This document shows positions 28,868 to 36,555 of a stretch of DNA of 64,000 nt, in pieces. Position numbers and translations under genes: made by a program. This DNA is from Clostridia bacterium. Lineage in GTDB: Bacteria > Bacillota > Clostridia > Christensenellales > DTU072. Under the pieces are notes generated by a model. It saw only the letters and a program-made list of their open reading frames with translations, did not search any database and was not told the DNA's origin. Each line of letters begins with the position of its first letter. Positions within the stretch are counted from its first letter, which is position 1. The stretch is taken from positions 4,172-68,171 of the forward strand of contig JAFVRJ010000027.1 in the NCBI GenBank assembly GCA_017504305.1, given 5' to 3'.

Positions 28868-28945
28868 GTGCGTTGCACTCATGAATTGGCTTCGCCATGA
28901 ATTGCGCCTGCGGGCGCATAAGGTAGGACGCGCAATTCAATTCAT
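28842..28945 (+). repeat. Octamer-plus-hairpin array at the left edge of the NERD cassette
   Basis: ATGAATTG occurs at 28842, 28859, 28881 and 28897, and the inverted copy CAATTCAT at 28938-28945. Each direct copy is followed by a short GC-rich palindrome: GCGCGAGCGC, GAGTGCgttGCACTC, GGCttcGCC and GCGCCtgcGGGCGC. Confidence 0.85.
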
Positions 28946-28971
28946 GAATAGAAATAGAACAGGAGTATTTA

Positions 28972-29685
28972 ATGAATTTGCTAAAAAAGATAATAAAAAG
29001 CGCCTTTAAACCAATTATCAATAAAGCAAAAGGCGCAATAGGAGAGCAAAGAGTTTCTGCTAAATTAAACCCCCTGCTTTTTGGAAAGGTTGAACACAGG
29101 CAAATCAATAATTTAGTTTTAATAGATGAAAATGGGAAAAGCCACCAAATAGACCATATAGAAATACGTCAAAATGGAATATTTTGTATTGAAACAAAAA
29201 ATTACTCAGGGTGGATTTTCGGAAATGAAGAACAGCAAATGTGGACACAGACATTTTATAATGAAAAGCATCAATTCTTAAATCCCATAAGGCAAAATCG
29301 TTCTCATATCTATCATATAAGCAAAATTCTTGGCGGAAAATATAAAATTAACTCTGTTATTGTTATGGTTCAAAATAATGCTGATAGAATAAATGTACCG
29401 TATGTTGTTAATTTAAATTGCCTAAAGTCATACCTTTCATCCTTCTACGACGGAACTCATTATTCGATATTGGAAATGGATTATATATATCGAGAATTGC
29501 TTTCTGCTTCGCGGTGTGATATAACAAGCAGAGAACATATTGAAAATATAAAAATTACACAGAACGAGATTCAAAATAATATATGCCCCCGTTGTAAAGG
29601 CAAGCTAATTTTAAAAAAAGGAAAATACGGCAATTTCTATGGCTGTAGCAATTATCCTAATTGCAAATTCACAAAGAAACTATAG
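28972..29685 (+). CDS. NERD domain protein with C-terminal topoisomerase-type C4 zinc ribbon
   Basis: NERD core GAIGEQRV...HQIDHIEIRQNGIFCIETKNYSGWIFG...NPIRQNRSH, with C-terminal CPRCKGKL...YGCSNYPNCKF. The gene looks AT-richer than its flanks. AGGAG RBS. Confidence 0.85.
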   Translation: MNLLKKIIKSAFKPIINKAKGAIGEQRVSAKLNPLLFGKVEHRQINNLVLIDENGKSHQIDHIEIRQNGIFCIETKNYSGWIFGNEEQQMWTQTFYNEKHQFLNPIRQNRSHIYHISKILGGKYKINSVIVMVQNNADRINVPYVVNLNCLKSYLSSFYDGTHYSILEMDYIYRELLSASRCDITSREHIENIKITQNEIQNNICPRCKGKLILKKGKYGNFYGCSNYPNCKFTKKL

Positions 29686-29712
29686 CTTTTGAGACCTTTT
29701 GGAGTCTTGACC

Positions 29713-29758
29713 CACGTCGAAACGCTTGTTTGTTTTGCAAGAAAGTAAACCGCAAAAA
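29713..29758 (+). pseudogene. Orphan copy of the rRNA methyltransferase 3' end (HVETLVCFARK*)
   Basis: CAC GTC GAA ACG CTT GTT TGT TTT GCA AGA AAG TAA parallels the in-gene sequence CAC GTC GAG TCC GTC GTG TGT TTC ACA CGT CGG (HVESVVCFTRR) at 28802-28834. Confidence 0.7.
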
Positions 29759-29791
29759 GTTCATTTAGAGCAGTTTAGGAATAATATAGAC

Positions 29792-31444
29792 ATGAAAAAT
29801 TTATTTAAAACAATAATTATAATGTTTTCAGTTACCGCCGTGGCTACGTCGCTAATGGTACTTGCTTCTTGCGGTGGCTCGCGTTGTGGCGATTATAGCC
29901 ACTCTTTGACGGGGGCAGTGCTTGAAGTTGATGAATTTCAGCATTCTCAAAAGTGCGAAAAATGCAAAGAGGTCGTTAAGATGTATCACGATTATTACGA
30001 CGTAGTTGTAACAAGAGAAGCAACAAAGGAAGCGGATGGCGAAGGATATCAAACTTGTAAGGTATGCAATTATCGTAAAGAGGTGGTAGTGCCTTATTGC
30101 ACCCATACATACGAAAAGGTTGTAGGAAGGTTAGGTAATTGTTGCTCCACTGGTAATATAGAGCACTACAAATGTCCAAATTGCGAAAAGTTGTTTGATG
30201 AAGACCATAATTTGCTTACTTTAGAAGAAGTAACAACCGATTTTGGCTCACACTCTTTTTATGATAGAGATTGTTTCATATTTAAGCCGAGTGCAACGGG
30301 CAAGGGGTTTGTTAAAATCCGTTGCGATAGGATAGAGGAGTGCGGAGCATATCTAACTAACGACGGTGAAGTCGTGCAGTTTGATTTGCCTAAACTTAGC
30401 GACACGCAGTACTATGAAACGGTCGGCCCAAATGAAGAGGGTATTATCACTTATAGACTAACGGGAGATTACGCAAAAAGTGAAGCAACGCTTAAAGCAC
30501 CAAGCAACCAAAGGTATTTGGTCGAATCTATATTGAGAGGCCTAAAACTGGAATACGATGCTTGCTTGCAAGGTCATGACTTTGACCCTACCTCTTATGA
30601 GGTAATAGACAACAACTTACATTACGTTTGTAAAAGAAACGAAGAGCACAAGCTGGCAATCAAACTACCAGATTTAGAGGACGGTAACTATATAAAATCT
30701 ACCGTTAAAGCAACTTGCACAAAGAGCGGTGGCACAAACTACTCCCTTACCCAAAACGAGTGGAATACTATTCTCAACAAATACGAAGACGAGCTTGTAA
30801 ATGAGAGCTACAGTTTGGGAGCATACTCAAAGCATCTTGCATTGTACTATACCGTTTTTGTCGAATCGGGTGGTATTGATAAGAATAATCATTCGGTAGC
30901 ATCAATAGTAACAGGACAATTTGTAGCGCCTACTTTTGACGTAAAAACCTCAAAGAGCACGGATGGGTCCATTAAGTGTCAATGTGCCGATTGTGATGCC
31001 GTTTGGGTTGAGTCCGTTAAGTATGATGACGGCGATTGGAGCATGACGGGCAGTAACATGTTCAACAGAAAGTACGTAAGGAGTTACGTAATTTACGGCA
31101 CGACCTATAAAGCTCCCGCGCAAGAAAAGTTTAACTACTACGTTGATATGAACGGTGGTGAAGCGGTAGATGATAAGGTCGAAATTGAAGGCGCATCAAG
31201 TGGTGGTCACGTTTACATTAGCAAGGTAGACTACAAGAAGACAGGATATAGTATTCGTGGCGTGGAGATTTACGTTGACGGAAAGACGGTGAGCATTATC
31301 GAAAAAGACAGAAGGGTGGAAGAAGGTGATTCCTATAGCCTTATTGTAGGTGATTACCACTATTGGAAAGTATTCATCGGTTACAATAGTTCTTTAGACG
31401 ACGTTTTCTTGGGCGAAGTAAAGATTAAGATATTGTGGTACTAA
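29792..31444 (+). CDS. Cysteine-rich lipoprotein of unknown function
   Basis: Lipobox LASCGG follows a signal peptide starting at ATG 29792. Several CxxC/HxxxC pairs are present (CEKCKE, CKVCNY, CPNCEK, CQCADCD). No family recognised. Confidence 0.55.
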   Translation: MKNLFKTIIIMFSVTAVATSLMVLASCGGSRCGDYSHSLTGAVLEVDEFQHSQKCEKCKEVVKMYHDYYDVVVTREATKEADGEGYQTCKVCNYRKEVVVPYCTHTYEKVVGRLGNCCSTGNIEHYKCPNCEKLFDEDHNLLTLEEVTTDFGSHSFYDRDCFIFKPSATGKGFVKIRCDRIEECGAYLTNDGEVVQFDLPKLSDTQYYETVGPNEEGIITYRLTGDYAKSEATLKAPSNQRYLVESILRGLKLEYDACLQGHDFDPTSYEVIDNNLHYVCKRNEEHKLAIKLPDLEDGNYIKSTVKATCTKSGGTNYSLTQNEWNTILNKYEDELVNESYSLGAYSKHLALYYTVFVESGGIDKNNHSVASIVTGQFVAPTFDVKTSKSTDGSIKCQCADCDAVWVESVKYDDGDWSMTGSNMFNRKYVRSYVIYGTTYKAPAQEKFNYYVDMNGGEAVDDKVEIEGASSGGHVYISKVDYKKTGYSIRGVEIYVDGKTVSIIEKDRRVEEGDSYSLIVGDYHYWKVFIGYNSSLDDVFLGEVKIKILWY

Positions 31445-31459
31445 AAGTATAAATAACCA

Positions 31460-32245
31460 ATGCAAAAGACGTTAGTAGATAAAATCCCTATAGCTCTTCC
31501 TAAAGAGATAGCGCCTTACGTGGAGGGCGCTAAGGTCTATGATAGCTCTTGCAACTCGGAAGCTAAAGTTTATTTTATCGAAAGAGAGGGAGGCTATTTT
31601 TTAAAGGTTGCATCCAAGTGCTCTTTACAACGCGAAGCTCTAATGACCGACTATTTTTATAGTAAAGGTATTGGCGCAGAGGTGCTTTTTTACGGCGGTA
31701 ATAATTGCGATATTCTCTTGAGTAAGCAAGTTAAAGGGGAAGATTGTACGCATGAGAGTTATCTTGAAAACCCTAAAAAACTATGTGATAGGCTTGCGGA
31801 AGAATTAAGGTTATTACATAAAACTGATTTTAGTGATTGTCCTGTTAAAAACAAAATGCAGGAGTATTTCGCTCTTGCGGAACGCAACTTCCGCACGGGT
31901 AATTATGATAAATCAAACTTCCCTGATAGCTTTGGTTATAGGTCGGCAGATGAAGCATATTCGACTTTTATAAAAGGGAAGGATGATTTAAATGGTAGCG
32001 TTCTTTTGCATGGTGATTATTGCTTGCCTAACGTAATACTTGATGATTGGCATTTTTCGGGCTTTATAGATTTAGGCGGAGCCGGAGTCGGCGATAGGCA
32101 CGTAGATATCTTTTGGGGACTGTGGTCGCTTGCATTTAATCTTAAAACGGATAGATATCGCAGTCGTTTTATAGATGCTTACGGCAAAGATCTTGTCGAC
32201 GAAGAAAAGCTGAAGATAATCGGTGCGATAGAGGTGTTTGGTTAG
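31460..32245 (+). CDS. APH(3')-like aminoglycoside/small-molecule phosphotransferase
   Basis: Protein-kinase-like fold. Motifs SDCP, HGDYCLPNV (catalytic loop) and SGFIDLGGAGVGDRHVDI parallel those of APH(3') enzymes. Confidence 0.75.
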   Translation: MQKTLVDKIPIALPKEIAPYVEGAKVYDSSCNSEAKVYFIEREGGYFLKVASKCSLQREALMTDYFYSKGIGAEVLFYGGNNCDILLSKQVKGEDCTHESYLENPKKLCDRLAEELRLLHKTDFSDCPVKNKMQEYFALAERNFRTGNYDKSNFPDSFGYRSADEAYSTFIKGKDDLNGSVLLHGDYCLPNVILDDWHFSGFIDLGGAGVGDRHVDIFWGLWSLAFNLKTDRYRSRFIDAYGKDLVDEEKLKIIGAIEVFG

Positions 32246-32253
32246 AGGTTGTT

Positions 32254-32736
32254 ATGGCAAAGAAGATAGAAAAGACCAACGTTATGCGTATTTTGGAGCA
32301 AAAGAAGGCGGAGTATACTCCCTATTTTTACGATGCGGTCGAGGCGGTCAGCGGAACGGTAGTTGCCAAGATGATTGGTAAAGATCCAAGCTCCGTTTTT
32401 AAGACTTTGGTTACTGTAGGTGCAAGTAAGCAAAATTACGTTTTTGTCGTACCTGTCGAAAAGGAACTTGACCTCAAAAAGGCGGCAAAAGTAGTCGGCG
32501 AAAAAAGCATTAGCATGATTAAGTCCAAAGAGTTATTGCCCCTTACGGGATACGTACACGGCGGATGCTCGCCGATTGGCATGAAGAAATTTTTTATTAC
32601 GACTATCGATGCTTCCGCTAAAATCCAAGATAAAATTATTTTTAGTGCCGGCAAGATAGGTTATCAAGTGGAAACGACTCTTGAGGAATTAAAAAAGATT
32701 ATTACGTTTAAACTTGAAGATATCGTAGTAGATTAA
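32254..32736 (+). CDS. ybaK: Cys-tRNA(Pro)/Cys-tRNA(Cys) deacylase YbaK
   Basis: 160 aa. Overall YbaK/EbsC pattern (TNVMRILEQ..., GYVHGGCSPIG, IIFSAGKIG). Confidence 0.8.
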   Translation: MAKKIEKTNVMRILEQKKAEYTPYFYDAVEAVSGTVVAKMIGKDPSSVFKTLVTVGASKQNYVFVVPVEKELDLKKAAKVVGEKSISMIKSKELLPLTGYVHGGCSPIGMKKFFITTIDASAKIQDKIIFSAGKIGYQVETTLEELKKIITFKLEDIVVD

Positions 32737-32830
32737 GGTTTAATAGGGGTAAGACCTCTAATGTGCGCGTATGCAAGTATGCATAGATATGCATATGAGA
32801 ATAATATGGGCTCGGACGAGCTCTTTATAT

Positions 32831-32859
32831 TTGCATTGAATATAAGTATATGATATAAT
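32831..32859 (+). promoter_or_regulatory. Promoter abutting the membrane-protein start
   Basis: TTGCAT-17 nt-TATAAT. ATG 32867 lies 7 nt after the -10 box and has no SD sequence. Confidence 0.5.
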
Positions 32860-32866
32860 GCGAGCA

Positions 32867-33604
32867 ATGGGAATTAAGGTAAAAAGATTTAATAAAGCAG
32901 GTGAATTATATTGGTTATTGGGCGTGTTATTCATATCGCTCGGCGTTTGTTTATGCAAAAAAGCAGATCTCGGCGTTAGTATGATTGCGGCACCCGCCTT
33001 TATTATTTACGATGCTATTAAAGAGCTTGTTCCCTTTTTTACCGTTGGTGTAGTTGAATATATAGTACAAGCCTTTTTTGTCGCTTTGCTTTGCGTAGTT
33101 GTTTTTAAGGTAAAAGTTAAATACCTACTTTCCATATTGGTAGGAGTAATTTACGGCTACGTTTTAGATATGTGGCTATTGATTTTTAAAGACGTCTATA
33201 TCAATGAAGTTTGGGCAAGATATCTTATGCTTATAGTAGGTGATGCAGTTACGGCAATAGGTGTTGCATGCTTCTTCCGTACCTATTTACCTATACAATC
33301 GTATGATATATTCGTAAAGGACGTAGCTTTGAGATATAACCTAAACATCAATAAGTTCAAGTTGATATACGACTTTAGTTTGCTTACCGTTTCTGTTGTA
33401 TTGGCATTTAGTTTGTTCGGTGACGTCAAAACTTTTGACTGGACGCAAATTTATAAAATGAGTTACCATAATTTAGGTTTAGGAACCCTAATTACTACAA
33501 TTATTAACTCGCCGTTCATCTTTGTGGCCGGTAAGCTTTTGGATAAACTACTTGGACAAGAGCCTATATTTATAAAGGCTAAAGCGTTTTTAGACAGAGG
33601 TTAA
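32867..33604 (+). CDS. YczE/DUF6198-like polytopic membrane protein
   Basis: Hydrophobic protein resembling YczE-type membrane proteins (LGVCLCKKADLGVS...). ATG 32858 overlaps the -10 box, so 32867 is preferred. Confidence 0.4.
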   Translation: MGIKVKRFNKAGELYWLLGVLFISLGVCLCKKADLGVSMIAAPAFIIYDAIKELVPFFTVGVVEYIVQAFFVALLCVVVFKVKVKYLLSILVGVIYGYVLDMWLLIFKDVYINEVWARYLMLIVGDAVTAIGVACFFRTYLPIQSYDIFVKDVALRYNLNINKFKLIYDFSLLTVSVVLAFSLFGDVKTFDWTQIYKMSYHNLGLGTLITTIINSPFIFVAGKLLDKLLGQEPIFIKAKAFLDRG

Positions 33605-33606
33605 TT

Positions 33607-34227
33607 ATGCAAAATCCCATTTATCTTATAAGAAGAATCGTTGGCGGTAAAAAACGTAACGAAATAAACAAAAAGGCACGCGAAAGGCTTATAAACAAAG
33701 ACTTTAGCGTGTTTTCGTCTTCTTGTATAGGAGGTGTGGTTTGCAGTGATATGGGGGTAAGATTCAATAGCCCCACCGTCAACGTTTTTATACCTTTTAC
33801 CGATTTTTTAAAAATGATGGAAAACTTACCGTACTACATGAGCCTTACTCCTAAAAAGGCACCACGTGAAGGACATCTTTATCCGGTAATAACGGTAGGC
33901 GACGTAAAGGTATATTGCGTCCATTATCATACTTATAAAAGTGCAATTGATAAATGGGTTACACGCGCCAAAAGAGTCAATTACGATGACGTTCGCATCA
34001 TTTTAGGCGGGCTTCCTTGGGGAAACGAGGAACTTATGGCTCGCTTCGAAGCTCTCCCCTATAAAAAGTTGATAGTAACCTCGTACGATAAGGCTCCGGA
34101 CGACGATTACGTGTTTAAAGTCAAAGAAAAAATGGGCAGAACTGCCATCACTTTTAACTTCAAAAATATCAAAGGCGAGCGTTTTTACGATAACCATGTG
34201 GATTTTGTCGACTTTTTTAATAAATAA
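33607..34227 (+). CDS. DUF1919 domain protein
   Basis: FSSSCIGGVV...RFNSPTVNVFI resembles the DUF1919 signature. AGAGG RBS. Confidence 0.55.
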   Translation: MQNPIYLIRRIVGGKKRNEINKKARERLINKDFSVFSSSCIGGVVCSDMGVRFNSPTVNVFIPFTDFLKMMENLPYYMSLTPKKAPREGHLYPVITVGDVKVYCVHYHTYKSAIDKWVTRAKRVNYDDVRIILGGLPWGNEELMARFEALPYKKLIVTSYDKAPDDDYVFKVKEKMGRTAITFNFKNIKGERFYDNHVDFVDFFNK

Positions 34228-34295
34228 GGCTATTAAGAATATTGAAAACATTTAAATAGTATGCTAAAATATAAAAACGTACAAAGGAGGAGAGT

Positions 34296-35543
34296 ATGTT
34301 TTCTAAACTTATTAACGAAAAACAAAAAAGCGCGCAATATATGATTGATGAAATCACTCATATTTGCAAAGATATGCCCAAAAGAGCTCCCGGTAGCGAA
34401 GGCGAAAAAATAGCTTGCGAGTACATGGCAGACGTTCTTAAAAACGACTGCGGTTGTGAAAAAGTTTCGGTTGAGTCTTTCAAAGAGAATCCCAATGCAT
34501 TCTTTGGTTGGATTTACATCACCGCAACTTGCGCTCTCATTAGCTATATTTTATACTTCTTCGTACCGCTTGCAGCTGTACTCGTAACCTTATTCGGTTT
34601 TGCAGTAATGTTTGCTCAATTCGGTTTTTATAAGAAAGTAGTTGATTTCTTATTCCCCGCAGCAACCGGTCACAACGTAACCGCAGTTAAAAAGTGCAAG
34701 GGCGAAGTTAAGGCTCGTATATTCTATAACGGTCACCCCGATGCAGTTTGGAACTTGCCTTTCCATAATAAATGGGGCGGTGCTGCTTACGAAGGTCACA
34801 TTATTATTGCAGTAGGTGGCGCTCTTATTAGCTTGGTATTCCACATCCTTGCAACCATTAAAGTTGGCGCAACCGCTCAAGTTGCAACCCCCGAGCTCTA
34901 CGGATGGCTATACTATGCAGGTTTTGCAATTTTAGTATTTGCTCCCTTTATTTTCGGTCTTTACTTCATGTGGGACGAGCGTACTATCGTAGACGGTGCT
35001 AACGACAACCTTTCCGGTTGCTATATGGGCATTGCTATCTTAAAGGCAATGAAAGACGAGGGTATCGAGCTTGAGAACGTAGAAGTAGGCGTAATTCTTT
35101 CCGGTTCTGAAGAAGCAGGTTTGCGTGGCGCTAAAGCTTGGGCAGAGGCTCACAAAGAAGAGTATCAAGACGGCATCCCCACTTGGATTATTGGTTACGA
35201 TACCATCCGTGAACCGGAATATCTTTACGTTAACTACCGTGACCTTAACGGCACTGTTAAAATGGATAAGGAAGTTGGTGATGCTTTCCTTAACGCAGCA
35301 AAAGAACTCGACATCCAATGTCAAGCAAGTATCGTTCCTCCCTTTGGTGGAGCTACCGATCCCGCAGCGTTTAAGCAAGCAGGCTTTACTACTTGTGGCG
35401 TAACCGGTATGAATCACACCATCCAAACTTACTACCACACCATGCGTGATACTTACGACAATATGTCCGAGCAAGCTCTTGCAGATTGCTATGCAATATC
35501 CGTTAAAGTTCTTGATAACTTCAACAAAAAGTTCAGCGATTAA
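34296..35543 (+). CDS. M28 family zinc peptidase with internal TM segments
   Basis: DNLSGC and SGSEEAGLRGAKAW motifs, plus several hydrophobic helices between the N-terminal and catalytic parts. Confidence 0.7.
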   Translation: MFSKLINEKQKSAQYMIDEITHICKDMPKRAPGSEGEKIACEYMADVLKNDCGCEKVSVESFKENPNAFFGWIYITATCALISYILYFFVPLAAVLVTLFGFAVMFAQFGFYKKVVDFLFPAATGHNVTAVKKCKGEVKARIFYNGHPDAVWNLPFHNKWGGAAYEGHIIIAVGGALISLVFHILATIKVGATAQVATPELYGWLYYAGFAILVFAPFIFGLYFMWDERTIVDGANDNLSGCYMGIAILKAMKDEGIELENVEVGVILSGSEEAGLRGAKAWAEAHKEEYQDGIPTWIIGYDTIREPEYLYVNYRDLNGTVKMDKEVGDAFLNAAKELDIQCQASIVPPFGGATDPAAFKQAGFTTCGVTGMNHTIQTYYHTMRDTYDNMSEQALADCYAISVKVLDNFNKKFSD

Positions 35544-35559
35544 TTTATTTAATAAAATC

Positions 35560-35590
35560 AATTGGGTACGCCAATGGCGTACCCAATTTT
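35560..35590. terminator. Bidirectional terminator
   Basis: AATTGGGTACGCC-aat-GGCGTACCCAATT followed by TTTT. Confidence 0.85.
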
Positions 35591-35612
35591 TATGCGGATG
35601 GTAGTGTATTTT

Positions 35613-36074
35613 TTATATAAATAAATTTATAATTATCTTTTTCCGTCTAATGGCGTATTTAAATGCTATGGCCGTGCCACTGTTGTGACCTTTATAGCTA
35701 TTATTATAATAAAAAATACAATATTGAGAGCGTTCAATCATTTCATAGTTTCGTACAACATAAGAAGATTTACCTGCGTTTTCAAGTCTTTTAGGGAAAT
35801 AGGTATCTTCATAAGATTTAGATAGATAGTTTTCGTATGTTTTATCTATATGCTGAAAATTGGATCTGACGTACACTCTTTTTATATGTGGAAATTCAAG
35901 TTTAAGTTGCGTAACAATTTCCCATGATAGGCTGTCAAATTCGCTCTTACTGCCAAATAAAAAGGTGGTAACACCTTTATTTACAAGGGCTACTATAGTC
36001 TTTTTTAATATAGAAGATAGATCATCACTTTTTTCTATCGTTCTGTGTCCTATAAAGCAAGCTTCCATACCCAA
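35613..36074 (-). CDS. SLOG/DUF1273 (YpsA-like) family protein
   Basis: CFIGHR, FLFGSKSEFDSLSWEIV, RNYEMIERSQYCIFYY and SGTAIAFKYA follow the DUF1273 pattern. The region is AT-rich. Confidence 0.65.
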   Translation of the reverse strand: MGMEACFIGHRTIEKSDDLSSILKKTIVALVNKGVTTFLFGSKSEFDSLSWEIVTQLKLEFPHIKRVYVRSNFQHIDKTYENYLSKSYEDTYFPKRLENAGKSSYVVRNYEMIERSQYCIFYYNNSYKGHNSGTAIAFKYAIRRKKIIINLFI

Positions 36075-36081
36075 CCTTTTA

Positions 36082-36205
36082 TCGTGGAACTCCGTAAAAT
36101 ATTATACATTTATCATCCCTATATTGTCAATATCGTGGAACTCCACGAGATAAAATTTTTAATTATTCATATAATACTTTCGTGGAATTCCTATACGGAA
36201 CTCCA
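36082..36205. promoter_or_regulatory. Repeated operator-like motif in a divergent intergenic region
   Basis: TCGTGGAACTCC at 36082-36093 and at 36133-36144. The second copy extends to the perfect palindrome TCGTGGA-AC-TCCACGA (36133-36148). TCGTGGAATTCC lies at 36180-36191 and ACGGAACTCC at 36196-36205. Confidence 0.6.
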
Positions 36206-36217
36206 TGAAGGTGTTTT

Positions 36218-36451
36218 ATGAATATTAATGATGCAATAATTAAAAGGATTGATGAACTCTGTAAAGAAAAGAATATAAACGTATGCGGAGCGACGTTGGG
36301 TGGAGGAAAATCGCCATCGGCGATATATGACCTTATTAAAGGTAGAACTAAATGCTCTAAAGTATCTACGATAAAAGCTTTTTGCCAAGGAGCAGGGATA
36401 ACGTTATCAGAGTTTTTTGATAAAGAATATTTTAATGATTTTGAGGAATAA
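36218..36451 (+). CDS. Small XRE-family helix-turn-helix protein
   Basis: 77 aa. The pattern resembles an HTH_3/HTH_26 domain (IKRIDELCKEKNINV...STIKAFCQGAGITLSEFF). Confidence 0.65.
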   Translation: MNINDAIIKRIDELCKEKNINVCGATLGGGKSPSAIYDLIKGRTKCSKVSTIKAFCQGAGITLSEFFDKEYFNDFEE

Positions 36452-36461
36452 GCAATATTAG

Positions 36462-36492
36462 AAAAAGCCACGGATTTTACTCGTGGCTTTTT
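36462..36492. terminator. Bidirectional terminator
   Basis: AAAAAGCCACG-gattttact-CGTGGCTTTTT lies between the XRE gene and the convergent giant gene. Confidence 0.85.
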
Positions 36493-36555
36493 ACTTTTGC
36501 TTGTAGGTGTAAAGATAAACTAATTTAATAGACGAAGAATACGGCGTATTTAGCA

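Noticed and set aside
36163-36471. 102-aa minus-strand ORF (and 36191..36388) opposite the XRE gene.
   Set aside because: It is fully antisense to a better-supported HTH ORF and has no motif or RBS.
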